Virus genome (UHGV): UHGV-0218015 | Direction: 5' to 3' (one strand) | Source: a virus | Length of the DNA stretch: 64,000 bases | Shown here: one piece after another, positions 1-9,942 of the stretch | Layout of the letters: each line of letters starts with the position of its first letter | How positions within the stretch are numbered: position 1 is the stretch's first letter | Made by a program: the position numbers and the translations under genes | Notes under the pieces: model-generated | The model's database searches: none | Seen by the model: only the letters and a program-made list of their open reading frames with translations | Told to the model about the DNA's origin: nothing

Positions 1-49
1 CTAAAAAATACACTCTGTGCCCTTCCTGTGCGCACTATACTCGAATAAT

Positions 50-75
50 TTTTGTATAGATATTATCTTAATGAT
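50..75 (+). promoter_or_regulatory. promoter-like motif TAGATATTATC (class 1)
   Basis: tgtatagatattatcttaatg about 35 nt upstream of ATG 102; same 11-mer recurs at 7861, 7940, 21557 and as a variant at 63621. Confidence 0.4.
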
Positions 76-101
76 GTTCCCTTAAAGGAGTATTAACGTT
101 A

Positions 102-425
102 ATGACGCGCGTGCTATTTGGTTTTCTGCTAGACTCTAGCCATTCAGTTCGCTATCGTCCTGAGGAGATTTTAGAAGCGATACAAGAACTGATTTTTCCG
201 GGTGTTCACAATTTACCTGGAGATCGCTTGAAAGTAGCAGAAAGATATTTTGGTTCGGATGCGTGGTTTATGATCAGTGCGTTGGGTCGTGACCACAATA
301 GTCCTTTCTCTTATAAAAATGGAGTTGTGCAAACGTGGTCAAAATACACTTCAATCCAGCTACAGTTTATCATAACTTCTGGGCAGCGATGGAAAAAACA
401 TCCTACGCTTCCGCTTTGCGGATGA
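102..425 (+). CDS. hypothetical protein (107 aa)
   Basis: ATG preceded by AAAGGAG RBS; no recognisable motif. Confidence 0.45.
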   Translation: MTRVLFGFLLDSSHSVRYRPEEILEAIQELIFPGVHNLPGDRLKVAERYFGSDAWFMISALGRDHNSPFSYKNGVVQTWSKYTSIQLQFIITSGQRWKKHPTLPLCG

Positions 426-961
426 CAGTAAAAGAAAAACAGGCCGTTACTGTACAACTGATACACACAGCACTAGAGGATATTTTTCATTCAATCCCCA
501 GAATGCCGAATAGTCGGCTGCCGGATTTTTTAGACCAGTTCACGGATGCTTACACCCTAACGAATTTACTGGTTGCAGATGGTCGTGTAAAACCACCTAA
601 AACAGTGATGTGTCGTCAGGTTCTTGTCCATCGTTCAGCGTTTGGTGAAGTTGCAACAGAACAAGAGCGTGAGGTTTGTGTGCTACGTTCGAAGACATAT
701 CTCTTGGGATTGGCGTTTGATGACTGTTACGACGTTTTGTTGTGTGATGTCGAGTCTTTAGTTAGGGAAGGGTTTGAGGCGGTCGGTGAAGTTTTCAACC
801 CTTATTTAACGGTTGAGATTGAACCACACCTTACGCCGAGAGGTCAAATTGCGATGATGGAGCTTCGTCTTGGAGAAGATATCCGATTTATCCACTACCG
901 GAACTGTTTCCCTGATAAAAGATACGATCCGGATTACCTTACTCGATCACGTGACATATAA
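422..961 (+). CDS. hypothetical protein
   Basis: ORF 335..961; likely start at ATG 422 overlapping upstream stop (ATGA). Confidence 0.4.
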   Translation: MTVKEKQAVTVQLIHTALEDIFHSIPRMPNSRLPDFLDQFTDAYTLTNLLVADGRVKPPKTVMCRQVLVHRSAFGEVATEQEREVCVLRSKTYLLGLAFDDCYDVLLCDVESLVREGFEAVGEVFNPYLTVEIEPHLTPRGQIAMMELRLGEDIRFIHYRNCFPDKRYDPDYLTRSRDI

Positions 962-1301
962 GGCGTATCAACGTATACTCGCGGACGAAAGGTTGTCATC
1001 GTATTCAGGGACAGATGCTGAGCAGTTAAAATATGTCATACTGTCCTTACTAGAGTACCTCATTCCTAATTTTACGGAATCAGGAATGTGGGATACCAAC
1101 TGTGCTGCAACGATAGTAAGGTCTTATCGACCTCGGTCTACAGAAGAAGATGTTCGTCTGATAACATCCTACGTTCGTGGTGCGTTGTGTGAGGAAATGG
1201 GCATTCCTCCCAAAGGGTGGCGTTTTTATTATCGGATAGACGGACATTTTCTTCGTTTTATTCCAAAGAAGGTAACGGATATTTATGACGATCTTTATTG
1301 A
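870..1301 (+). CDS. hypothetical protein
   Basis: long ORF; 5' end overlaps upstream gene, true start uncertain (GTG at 951 possible). Confidence 0.35.
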   Translation: MEKISDLSTTGTVSLIKDTIRITLLDHVTYKAYQRILADERLSSYSGTDAEQLKYVILSLLEYLIPNFTESGMWDTNCAATIVRSYRPRSTEEDVRLITSYVRGALCEEMGIPPKGWRFYYRIDGHFLRFIPKKVTDIYDDLY

Positions 1302-1686
1302 GTTTCCGTGGACAACCGCAGAAATTCTGAAGGTAGTAAAACGAGCCGCCTATCTTCAATACCTGGATGTTTCGGATACAGTAGATTATTACGTAGAACA
1401 GCTCGTTAGGCTGGAGGTGTTACGTCGAAAGTATTGCATCGACGAACTTACAGTACGTGAGCTGTTTGCTGATATTATTCGGCGGTATCCGATTGTAGAA
1501 TCGGAGAGTCCGAACAGTTACTGTATTAATCAAGTTATTGAAGCTGAGCTTCTGAATTCAGTGTCGTTATGGGCGCGACTTGAAGAGGAAGTGGTCGTTT
1601 TACCGAATGAAGGTTTTCTTCTGTTCCACACAGGTTCTGGCGTTTGGCGAATGTTTACAACAGGAGGGGTGGCGTATGGGGCGTGA
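1285..1686 (+). CDS. hypothetical protein (133 aa)
   Basis: ORF with start overlapping upstream stop. Confidence 0.4.
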   Translation: MTIFIEFPWTTAEILKVVKRAAYLQYLDVSDTVDYYVEQLVRLEVLRRKYCIDELTVRELFADIIRRYPIVESESPNSYCINQVIEAELLNSVSLWARLEEEVVVLPNEGFLLFHTGSGVWRMFTTGGVAYGA

Positions 1687-2185
1687 GAGCTATTTTATCA
1701 TACCTGACTATCAATTTATTTGCGGACCGCTGACGGAGTTTGATCCGAACGCGATATTGCGCGAAATCTGTACCGATTTAAATACGGTACTGAATTATGT
1801 CTGGGAGTACGCGTTAACGGGGTACTTCCCGCGGCTAGATCGTTATGCGTTACAAGAAACGTTTGATTTTATTGGACGGGAACTTAACAGCCATGGCGTT
1901 TTGTTGGAGGGTGAGCGTGCGCTGGAATATGTAAGAGCGACGCAGGAGGTAGCGAAGGCTTTTATGACTGCGGTGTCGACAGAGCCGTACTGGTTTACAC
2001 GATACGGCCAGTGGATAGGTGCACGTTATTGTGCACAAAAGCCTGGCGCGGTAGAGTTCCTTGTAAGGTACGAAGAGGTGAAGTATCCGGAATACGAGGA
2101 ACCAGCTTTGTTACAACAAATGACCCCAAAATTGCAAACGTTTACAGAACTGTTGCTGGGTAATCTGGCTGGGAAGGTCTTATAA
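1676..2185 (+). CDS. hypothetical protein
   Basis: ORF 1580..2185; start moved to ATG 1676 (ATGGGGCGTGA overlap with upstream stop). Confidence 0.4.
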   Translation: MGRESYFIIPDYQFICGPLTEFDPNAILREICTDLNTVLNYVWEYALTGYFPRLDRYALQETFDFIGRELNSHGVLLEGERALEYVRATQEVAKAFMTAVSTEPYWFTRYGQWIGARYCAQKPGAVEFLVRYEEVKYPEYEEPALLQQMTPKLQTFTELLLGNLAGKVL

Positions 2186-2691
2186 TGCAGTATGTTTATT
2201 ACGTCGCACAAGAGGTACAAAGTTACGGCAGAACCCGTTTTTACGAAGCAGTACGGGACGTGTTAGTGGACGTTTTAGAAACGAATCGTTTAGACGTTTT
2301 CGAGCACGATATTCGGCGACTCTATGAGGATTTCGGTACCGCATACATCATTGCGGCGAAGTCCTATAATCCCGAGTTGTTAAAAGAACTGCTTACTGTC
2401 ACTGCATACGACGAAAATGTTATTCCTGGCGAAACCGTAGAAAGTATCACGTTTCTTTCTACGATAGGTGATGAAGATAGCCATCTGGCGGCAATTTGTC
2501 ACGCGGCGGATATTCTACAGCGTGAACTCCAGTCGCAGACAGGATTGGCTGCGTTAATTAATTCTATGTTTCCTGGTTCATTGACGCGTTGGATTGGGGA
2601 AACATTCAGCGATCTGGTGTTGGTCTGCTATGAAACTGTTTATGGAAATTTCGGAAGTGTATCTCCCGGAACGCCTACATTCGCGGGTTGA
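2185..2691 (+). CDS. hypothetical protein (168 aa)
   Basis: ORF; ATG overlaps upstream stop. Confidence 0.45.
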   Translation: MQYVYYVAQEVQSYGRTRFYEAVRDVLVDVLETNRLDVFEHDIRRLYEDFGTAYIIAAKSYNPELLKELLTVTAYDENVIPGETVESITFLSTIGDEDSHLAAICHAADILQRELQSQTGLAALINSMFPGSLTRWIGETFSDLVLVCYETVYGNFGSVSPGTPTFAG

Positions 2692-3061
2692 GAATGCGGA
2701 TATTGGTTCGGTAGCACCATATATGGTGTACTGGTTCCTGGCGAAGTATGCAGAGGAATCTGTACGTTCAGTGGTACGTCGTTTGGGTGAGGGTGAAACG
2801 TTTCTGACGTTCATCCCGCCCAATCACCAATTTATTTTCACACAACTAGCACAACTGTTCTCAGTCGATGAAGTGCGTATATTCTCCCATTCTTTGTTGC
2901 AGTTTGAAATAGAAAAGGATGTGGACTATTTTCGTATCCGTAATCTGGTCGAATCACTCTGGCAACAGTCTGGGTTAACGCCTGAAGAGGGATCGAAGAA
3001 AACCAAAGTATCTTTGTTTATGAATGAGATTGGGAGTGGATTTATTTGCATAGAGGTTTGA
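2630..3061 (+). CDS. hypothetical protein
   Basis: ORF 2594..3061; internal ATG 2630 reduces overlap with upstream gene. Confidence 0.4.
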   Translation: MKLFMEISEVYLPERLHSRVENADIGSVAPYMVYWFLAKYAEESVRSVVRRLGEGETFLTFIPPNHQFIFTQLAQLFSVDEVRIFSHSLLQFEIEKDVDYFRIRNLVESLWQQSGLTPEEGSKKTKVSLFMNEIGSGFICIEV

Positions 3062-3676
3062 ATGTATAAGGTACGAGGCGATCATTTCATTCGCCCTAAT
3101 TTGGGACTATTAGAATACGCCACACATGGTGAATTCTACAAAGAAATGCTTCTGAGAGCCTTAAGACACTTTGACTGTATGTGGGTTTTGTTTCCCACAA
3201 GCGTGAAGACGTCGGACGAGGCAATACGTTACATTAATATCGCCATCAGTGAATTCTCGAAAGAGAATGTGTTTCCTGGCACTAATGCGGAACTGAAGAA
3301 GCTAGATAAATACCTGAAACGATTAAACGACGAGTACAGGCAGTGGGAATTTAACTCAATGATGGAAACCAGTTATACGGAGGACATGATTGAGGACATG
3401 CGCCCGCTCCTGGAGATCTATGAGTTATGTAAGATGCAGGGCCAGTCTTCTTGGGATGTGTTACGCGAGCATTCGATAGAAATTCTTCGGGATGCAATCA
3501 CACACATTTACGAGAACGATTGTGTCCCCGCGATCAAATTGTTCCGTACGGCGCATAAACGTGGTATTAAGCGCCTGTGCCTAAACCTGTCCATGCCTAG
3601 ACAGGTGGGAACTGTTGCGGGGGTTTACGTTACGTTCCATCTGGACATCACAATGTTGAGGAGTGATAATGTTTGA
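3062..3676 (+). CDS. hypothetical protein (204 aa)
   Basis: ORF, tightly packed with neighbours. Confidence 0.5.
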   Translation: MYKVRGDHFIRPNLGLLEYATHGEFYKEMLLRALRHFDCMWVLFPTSVKTSDEAIRYINIAISEFSKENVFPGTNAELKKLDKYLKRLNDEYRQWEFNSMMETSYTEDMIEDMRPLLEIYELCKMQGQSSWDVLREHSIEILRDAITHIYENDCVPAIKLFRTAHKRGIKRLCLNLSMPRQVGTVAGVYVTFHLDITMLRSDNV

Positions 3677-4082
3677 TTTTAGTAACATTGAACCAGGGTC
3701 TATCGTAAATATTGTTTACGATACTCCGTTAAAAGGTAATGAAACGCGAGTGCGTGTACTCGCGTCTAAAGTCGGCTATGAGTTTGCAAAAACCGCAGGC
3801 GAAGACCTGGCTGCTATCCAGAAGAACATTTATTCGTCGTTAGTAGCACAACCTTCAAATGACCTCACTGCGTATAACTATATGCTGTTCCGCGATTCTA
3901 CAGGTAAGGTAGGCGTTGCGGCAGATGCGTGGGTACGCGAAGTAAGGGTAATTACCAGTTTGACAGCACGTTTTGTTGTACAGCTCGATAACAAGCAGGA
4001 GAAAGAAGACCTGGAAGCTGCGTTGGCAGCACGTGGGTTTAATGATGTGGAAATCGAGATCATTGAAAACGCGGCAGGTTAA
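3663..4082 (+). CDS. hypothetical protein (139 aa)
   Basis: ORF followed by hairpin/T-run terminator. Confidence 0.5.
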   Translation: MIMFDFSNIEPGSIVNIVYDTPLKGNETRVRVLASKVGYEFAKTAGEDLAAIQKNIYSSLVAQPSNDLTAYNYMLFRDSTGKVGVAADAWVREVRVITSLTARFVVQLDNKQEKEDLEAALAARGFNDVEIEIIENAAG

Positions 4083-4090
4083 TCGAAAAT

Positions 4091-4130
4091 GTCCTCTCTT
4101 CGGAGAGGACATACTTCTTTCTTTTTTTTT
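4091..4130 (+). terminator. intrinsic terminator
   Basis: hairpin gtcctctctt/cggagaggac followed by T-run. Confidence 0.6.
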
Positions 4131-4185
4131 CACGTTATCCACCCTCCTTATAGCCGAGTTAAACTGCCTTTTTTAGAGGTCAGCC

Positions 4186-6498
4186 GTGGAATACATTTCT
4201 CCTTTTCGTTTAACGGTAGATGAATACCATCGTGATATCGATGTCAACGATGCCTACCGCGAACAAGTCGCGTTATACATTCATAACGTGACAGCACAAA
4301 AATACTCTTTAGAGTTTTGTCGTCAGGAAGTTGATGCTCTTATTGCCCCTGGCGGTGAGTTAGCAACTGAATCTCCTGTGTGTAAGATGTGGGTGCGTAA
4401 TCAGAAAACGGGCGATCGTGAGGAAAAATACACAACCGTCGATAAGTTATTTAAAACCGTCATTGACAAACAGATTATCTCCGCACCTTCGTTAACTTTT
4501 TATTTGCCCGAACACGTCAAACGTTCTAAGTTATCTGAATTCACAGCAGCTAACGTGGCGAAACGTGATGCGGTAAAAAAGGAAATGTTTGCAGCAGCAG
4601 CAGCGGGCAATGTAGTATTAAATATCAACAAAAAGAACGAACAGAATGCGGTCAAGACGCTGAACAACGGTATGTCTGGCGCATTTTCCTCCCCGTTCAC
4701 GATCCTTTTTAATCAGTCCTCACACTCCACACTGACGTCCACTTGTCGTACTGCAACATCGTTCGGCAATGCTGGAAATGAACGTTTATTAGGCGGTAAT
4801 CGACATTACGATACCCCGTCGCGTATTATCGATCATTTCTTATCTATCGGTACCTTAACCGATTGGAATAGCTTTAAGAAATGTATGGAGACGTATGAGC
4901 TTCATTACCCGTCTGTAGAAGAGGTGATGGAAGTTATTCATTATTCTGCCGATTTCTACTTTAAGAGCGAAGCGGGGATGGAGTTCGTTGAGCATTACGT
5001 TAGTAATGTATCGCCGTTGACGCGTGCCGCGTTTGTTTACATGGGTGACTTTTTCCACCTGGCGAAATACAACGATAAGTTCATGCGCGACTTTATTGGC
5101 GCATTAATTACCCCTGATGTGCGTGTTGATACTGAGGGCTGGACTGATACGGACTGGGTTGCTGCTGAGAAGACCATCGATGGTGATATGCAGATTATTA
5201 TCTCACAGTTCCGTACCGACGTAGTACCGATGGGTAAAGCGTTCAGTGACGTTAAGAAACTTGACGGTAATAAAAAACCCTTACCGTGGGATCAGCAGGA
5301 TGGTTATAAAGAACTAATTCGTTCCGCGCTGTTCTTACAGAAAACGATCGGTAAATACGCACTACTGATTCGCAATATTCTTACCACGAAAAATTTACCG
5401 ATCAATATTGCCCGAATGCCGGATGTGGTTCGTCGTGTAGGCGTAGTGTCTGATACTGACTCTACAATGATGACTGCGCAATGGTGGGCAATCTGGTACA
5501 CTGGTAAACATTACGGTGAAGTAGCGACCCGTGTTTCCAATGCAATGATCTATATTGCGACACAACACTTGCGACATTTGATGGCGAGCATGTCAGCAAA
5601 CATCGGCGTGGCGAAGGAGCGTTTGTTCCTGTATGCAATGAAGAACGAATTTAAGTTTGATTCGTTTGCACTGACTACCAAAGCAAAACATTACTTCTCG
5701 TTGATTACCGGACAGGAAGGTCAGCTGAAAAAAGATCCCGAGCTGGAAGTAAAAGGTGTGTCTTTACGTACATCTAACATTCCTCCGATTATCATGAAGG
5801 AGTTTAAGAACACCATCAAAGGGTTATGTGAAGTTGTTGCCCGCGGTGATCAGATCGAAATCATTCCGTTGCTGGAAAAGGTTGCCCAAATCGAACACAC
5901 GATTATGGATTCTATTCGTTCTGGGAATCCAGGGTATTTGAAAACGACGAACATTAAGGAACGTAGCGCTTATAACGAGAAGGATGAAAAGAACTACCAT
6001 TACCACCGAATGTATAATGCTATCTTTGGTCCGAAGTTTGGTTATTTGGAAGAACCGCCCTACGATGCTGTGAAACTTCCGGTAACGTTGGAAAACAAAA
6101 CGAAGATTAAAGAATGGATTGACAGTATCGAAGATCCGATTATCAAGAACGGTGCATCGGCGTGGTTTGAGGAGACAAATTTCCGTAAATATAAAACGTT
6201 GATTCTACCAGAGCATTTGGTGGAAAACTACGGTATTCCTAAAGAACTGATCGATATCGCAGATATCCGTCGTACCGCTTTCTCTACGGTTGAACCGTAT
6301 TATCACATTCTTGAATGCTTAGGTGTGTTCATGATGGATAAAAACAGGATGAGGTTGTTGTCGGATTTCTACGATAAAACCGAGGAGAAAGACGAACTGT
6401 ACAAGGAATTAGCGGAAGTACAATACGTTAAGAAATCGGAGAGGGCAGGGGATGACGAAGAAGACGATGATGAAGAAGAGGTTTTTGACGACGAATGA
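4186..6498 (+). CDS. putative DNA polymerase catalytic-domain protein (family B-like)
   Basis: 770 aa, GTG start with RBS; VVSDTDST (motif C-like DTDS), KTLNNGMSGAF (motif B-like) and downstream KAKHY; acidic C-terminal tail DDEEDDDEEEVFDDE; motif A not confidently found. Confidence 0.4.
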   Translation: MEYISPFRLTVDEYHRDIDVNDAYREQVALYIHNVTAQKYSLEFCRQEVDALIAPGGELATESPVCKMWVRNQKTGDREEKYTTVDKLFKTVIDKQIISAPSLTFYLPEHVKRSKLSEFTAANVAKRDAVKKEMFAAAAAGNVVLNINKKNEQNAVKTLNNGMSGAFSSPFTILFNQSSHSTLTSTCRTATSFGNAGNERLLGGNRHYDTPSRIIDHFLSIGTLTDWNSFKKCMETYELHYPSVEEVMEVIHYSADFYFKSEAGMEFVEHYVSNVSPLTRAAFVYMGDFFHLAKYNDKFMRDFIGALITPDVRVDTEGWTDTDWVAAEKTIDGDMQIIISQFRTDVVPMGKAFSDVKKLDGNKKPLPWDQQDGYKELIRSALFLQKTIGKYALLIRNILTTKNLPINIARMPDVVRRVGVVSDTDSTMMTAQWWAIWYTGKHYGEVATRVSNAMIYIATQHLRHLMASMSANIGVAKERLFLYAMKNEFKFDSFALTTKAKHYFSLITGQEGQLKKDPELEVKGVSLRTSNIPPIIMKEFKNTIKGLCEVVARGDQIEIIPLLEKVAQIEHTIMDSIRSGNPGYLKTTNIKERSAYNEKDEKNYHYHRMYNAIFGPKFGYLEEPPYDAVKLPVTLENKTKIKEWIDSIEDPIIKNGASAWFEETNFRKYKTLILPEHLVENYGIPKELIDIADIRRTAFSTVEPYYHILECLGVFMMDKNRMRLLSDFYDKTEEKDELYKELAEVQYVKKSERAGDDEEDDDEEEVFDDE

Positions 6499-6643
6499 GA
6501 TTAATTCGATCCCGAGTAACGAGCGTTGGTTCCGACTGAAGCCCGTTGTCAATTTCGAAATCTATTACGATGATCCGTTGAACGGGTGGTTAGCACACGT
6601 AACCGGACAGAATGTTTTTGTCATGGGATACGAATTACGGTAA
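6452..6643 (+). CDS. hypothetical small protein
   Basis: 63-aa ORF overlapping the 3' end of the upstream gene; may be spurious. Confidence 0.25.
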   Translation: MTKKTMMKKRFLTTNEINSIPSNERWFRLKPVVNFEIYYDDPLNGWLAHVTGQNVFVMGYELR

Positions 6644-6654
6644 AAAAGAAAGTA

Positions 6655-6680
6655 AACGTTGCACCAAAGTGCAACGTTTT
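6655..6680. terminator. bidirectional hairpin terminator
   Basis: aacgttgcac caaa gtgcaacgtt flanked by A-run and T-run between convergent genes. Confidence 0.55.
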
Positions 6681-6731
6681 AACTCTATTATATGGGGATT
6701 CGAAAGAATCCTCAGCGGGGGAGAGTAAGTC

Positions 6732-7793
6732 TTAATTTTCTAATGCGTGATATAATGGTAAAATTAACTCGTGTCGGTAATAATTTCTAGCCGACCGTGT
6801 AAGTTTTTCCAATATCTTCGCATCTTCGAATCTGGCTATACGCACCATTAAATTGGATTTGTATTTGCTCATACTCGAATTGTCGAACTGTAAGCAGAAC
6901 AACGCCCAATACCAGTTCACGATGTTTCGATGCCAACTACCTTGAATGGTCGAGCCCGGGTCTTTAAAAAGGATACGGTCTATCGCAGTGGTGGGTTGTG
7001 TCGGATCATCAAAGAACTGTGGAATGTGTGCCATGACTACCCCAGGTAAAGGTTTACCTGCACGGAGTGCTTTACAAACTTGCGTTGCGTGTTTAATTGA
7101 AAGTTCACGCAAAGGCGGTGTAGGGATAACACGAAGTGGCGTTTCGGTCTCGACTTCTTTACCTGTTGCGACAGCGCGATGAATATTTAAAAAAGCAATA
7201 TTCATGTAGCTGGGTAACATACGGTAAATGATGTGTCGTTGCGCGTAAACTACACGGTTAATCGGTTCGGGTTGTGTTCTGTAATATTGTTCTGCAAGAA
7301 CATATTGCCAAAGTAACGCAACCAGATTGATTTCGATAATACTGATGCCTCGGGGTTTGCCGTTCCCGAGACCCCAGTTAAGATTCGTGTACTCGTGATA
7401 AAGATAAACCGCTGGTGTGTAGTCACGAAATGACAGTTCTGGATTGACGGGACGTGCGACGAGTGAAATAATCTCATCCTGTCCTTCGATAAAGATCCCG
7501 TTGAAAACTTGACCGTACTCCCCCACAGAAGTTAGGTGTAGCGCATTACCGATATCGGAAAGCTTGCGACGACATGCCCACTCGATCTCTTCGTAGCTGG
7601 GTTCACCCGCATATCCGATAGCCGCTAAGATTTTGAGTACCAGATGACCTGAAACAACACGGGTTTGAATGGACTCTAAATAGTTGCGAATGCGCTGATT
7701 ATTATTTTTTACGGCACTGACCAATTGTATAGCGGAAGGGTCTTCGAATTTACCCTTTATGGCTGCTTGGTTTAACTCGGCTTGACTGAACAT
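6732..7793 (-). CDS. hypothetical protein (353 aa)
   Basis: isolated minus-strand ORF, divergent from the duplicated-promoter region upstream of 8002. Confidence 0.5.
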   Translation of the reverse strand: MFSQAELNQAAIKGKFEDPSAIQLVSAVKNNNQRIRNYLESIQTRVVSGHLVLKILAAIGYAGEPSYEEIEWACRRKLSDIGNALHLTSVGEYGQVFNGIFIEGQDEIISLVARPVNPELSFRDYTPAVYLYHEYTNLNWGLGNGKPRGISIIEINLVALLWQYVLAEQYYRTQPEPINRVVYAQRHIIYRMLPSYMNIAFLNIHRAVATGKEVETETPLRVIPTPPLRELSIKHATQVCKALRAGKPLPGVVMAHIPQFFDDPTQPTTAIDRILFKDPGSTIQGSWHRNIVNWYWALFCLQFDNSSMSKYKSNLMVRIARFEDAKILEKLTRSARNYYRHELILPLYHALEN

Positions 7794-7846
7794 GACTTAC
7801 TCCTTGGGGTTACACATAGGAAACGGTCACAGTCTAACTCACATTG

Positions 7847-7873
7847 AAAAATATCTTAGCTAGATATTATCTA
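7847..7873 (+). promoter_or_regulatory. promoter-like element, copy 1 of tandem duplicate
   Basis: 26-nt aaaatatcttagctagatattatcta, identical copy 79 bp downstream; contains TAGATATTATC. Confidence 0.5.
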
Positions 7874-7925
7874 TGTGATGGTTCGGTAGTTAATCATTTT
7901 AAGCTATGTGTGTTTTACGTGTATT

Positions 7926-7952
7926 CTAAAATATCTTAGCTAGATATTATCT
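7926..7952 (+). promoter_or_regulatory. promoter-like element, copy 2 of tandem duplicate
   Basis: identical 26-nt element about 50 nt upstream of ATG 8002. Confidence 0.5.
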
Positions 7953-8001
7953 ACGTGAACCAACACTACAATTGTATTAAACCTTATAAGGATTAAGTAA
8001 A

Positions 8002-9858
8002 ATGGCTAAAGAGTTTATTGACAATCAAAACGACGTTGTGACTGGTGCTGCTGGTGCTGCTGGTGCTGCTGCAGATCCAATTCCGTCTTTCGGTGGCGCG
8101 GGAGCTGCTACTGTGGATAATACCAATGCGGCCAACGCTTTTGGTGGGATGTCTAAAAACATCTCCACTTTCGATAAAGCTTTCGGATACATGTCCTTCG
8201 TGTCCACTGCTTCTCAGTTCACTAGCCTGATTGAGAAGATGGCGGAGAAGAACACATACCTGCGTAACTTCCGTTGGGGTGTCATTGACGGCATCAACTC
8301 TGAAATGGGTTCTGCTGCATACGTGGCTGGTCCGTCCGGCGATAACCATAACGAATGGCTCTACGGCATCCTGTTCTTTGAACATGGCCAGTCCATCCGT
8401 TTCTACGAAATCAACGGTAAAGAAAACTACTACACCCTGGCGCAGCTGTTCAGTCAAGAAGGTGTGATGAACAACATCACTAACCAGATTGCAACTCAAC
8501 ACAATCTGCCGAGCGTACAGTTCATGGTAATGAACTGCGTACCGGAACTGGGTAAAACCATGAACGAAGAATGGGCTAACCAGCTCATGGGCCAGATTGC
8601 ACTGGGTATCTTCGGTCGTCATTCTGGCTACCTGGGCTACCTGAAAATGACCCGTTCTGATCGCTTCACCGCGCAAGTTAGCGTAGTTGAAGAAGGTTCT
8701 GTAACTGACGTTAACGGTTCCGCACAGCGTGCTGACCTGATGGTTGTGGTTGACCATACTCGTACCGGCAACAACGATAATAACCCGACGCTGTTCTCTT
8801 CTGAACGCCTCCAGAATTATCCGAGCGTTGCAGGTGTTGGTTACATCAACCTCCGCCATAAAGGTAAACCTCAGACTCTGACTAACGGTACTCAGGACCT
8901 GCGTCAGCTGGAAGCCGAAGTGGTTGTTTCTCTGATGGATTCTCAATCCTCTGGGGCAATGGCACCTATCGAGCGTCAGCTGATTGAACTGGCCGCGTTC
9001 GCACAAATCGCCACTATCGGCGGCTGGCGTGAACGTTTCATGCAATCGCTGAACAAAACCGATCGTCGCTTCTCCCGCGTTCTGGAGTATGTAGAATGGG
9101 GCAGCGAAAAACCTGACCTGAGCAAAATCGACGGTAACCGTGAAGTTATCGAGAAATGCCTGGACACCTTCGCTAACCCGACTGCGGCTCTGGTGGTGAA
9201 CCATCGTGCAGGTAACGGTATCGGTGGTCTGTCTACTCTCCTGAGTGAAATCGGGATGGGTAACACCAACGCACTGTATACTCTGTTCAACATCCTGGAT
9301 AACATGGCCAGCAACGGCGCGACTAAGTTCAGCACTCGCTTCAAAGCGCTGCTGGGCAAGGACACCAACTTTGAGTGCAAACATGTTGTTATTGCCGGTT
9401 GCCCGACTATCTCTGGTCAGTATTTCAGCAACAGCCAGAAACGTAGCTTCCAGGATATGGACTTGGTTTCCGCTCTGACTAAAGTGGGCGACAACCAGCG
9501 TGATGCGATCGACTACATCAGTGCACAGTCCTACTCTCACCGCTACCTGAATGCGCGTGACCAGCGTCTGTACCTGCTGAAAATGGCTGCGTCCATGTTC
9601 GGTAGCAAACAGCCGCAGGTAACGGGTGAAGCGTCTGACCTGGCGATCAATCCGTTGTTTGGTAAGGCACTGGTGGAATACATCACCGAAAACTGCAACT
9701 TCCAGGTGAACGGTGTTACCGCAGCGAACAGCCTCACTCACTCTGTGTTTGTTAACACGGGTAATGAGAACTTCGCTCTGTCTGGTAGCGGTCCTAACGC
9801 ATTTGGTAGCGATTTCGGTATGTCCTTCGCTGCAACTGACTGGCGTCCGACTTTCTAA
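8002..9858 (+). CDS. abundant 618-aa protein; candidate phage-nucleus shell protein (chimallin-like) or major structural protein
   Basis: extreme codon bias (652-codon stop-free antisense shadow), tandem promoters, strong terminator; Gly/Ala/Phe-rich termini with SFGG/AFGG motifs; sits immediately upstream of the RNAP beta-prime gene; functional call is inference. Confidence 0.55.
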   Translation: MAKEFIDNQNDVVTGAAGAAGAAADPIPSFGGAGAATVDNTNAANAFGGMSKNISTFDKAFGYMSFVSTASQFTSLIEKMAEKNTYLRNFRWGVIDGINSEMGSAAYVAGPSGDNHNEWLYGILFFEHGQSIRFYEINGKENYYTLAQLFSQEGVMNNITNQIATQHNLPSVQFMVMNCVPELGKTMNEEWANQLMGQIALGIFGRHSGYLGYLKMTRSDRFTAQVSVVEEGSVTDVNGSAQRADLMVVVDHTRTGNNDNNPTLFSSERLQNYPSVAGVGYINLRHKGKPQTLTNGTQDLRQLEAEVVVSLMDSQSSGAMAPIERQLIELAAFAQIATIGGWRERFMQSLNKTDRRFSRVLEYVEWGSEKPDLSKIDGNREVIEKCLDTFANPTAALVVNHRAGNGIGGLSTLLSEIGMGNTNALYTLFNILDNMASNGATKFSTRFKALLGKDTNFECKHVVIAGCPTISGQYFSNSQKRSFQDMDLVSALTKVGDNQRDAIDYISAQSYSHRYLNARDQRLYLLKMAASMFGSKQPQVTGEASDLAINPLFGKALVEYITENCNFQVNGVTAANSLTHSVFVNTGNENFALSGSGPNAFGSDFGMSFAATDWRPTF

Positions 9859-9887
9859 TAAGTTGGTAAGTAGTAAGCAGTAGTTGA

Positions 9888-9929
9888 GGGACAGGGGAAA
9901 ACCCCCTGTCCCTTCCCTCTCTTTTTTTG
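9888..9929 (+). terminator. intrinsic terminator
   Basis: gggacagggg aaaa ccccctgtccc followed by T-run. Confidence 0.7.
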
Positions 9930-9942
9930 TTGAGGATTCGGC

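Noticed and set aside
6452-6643. 63-aa ORF as a confident gene
   Set aside because: It begins within the acidic-tail codons of the upstream gene in another frame and has no independent support; kept only at low confidence.
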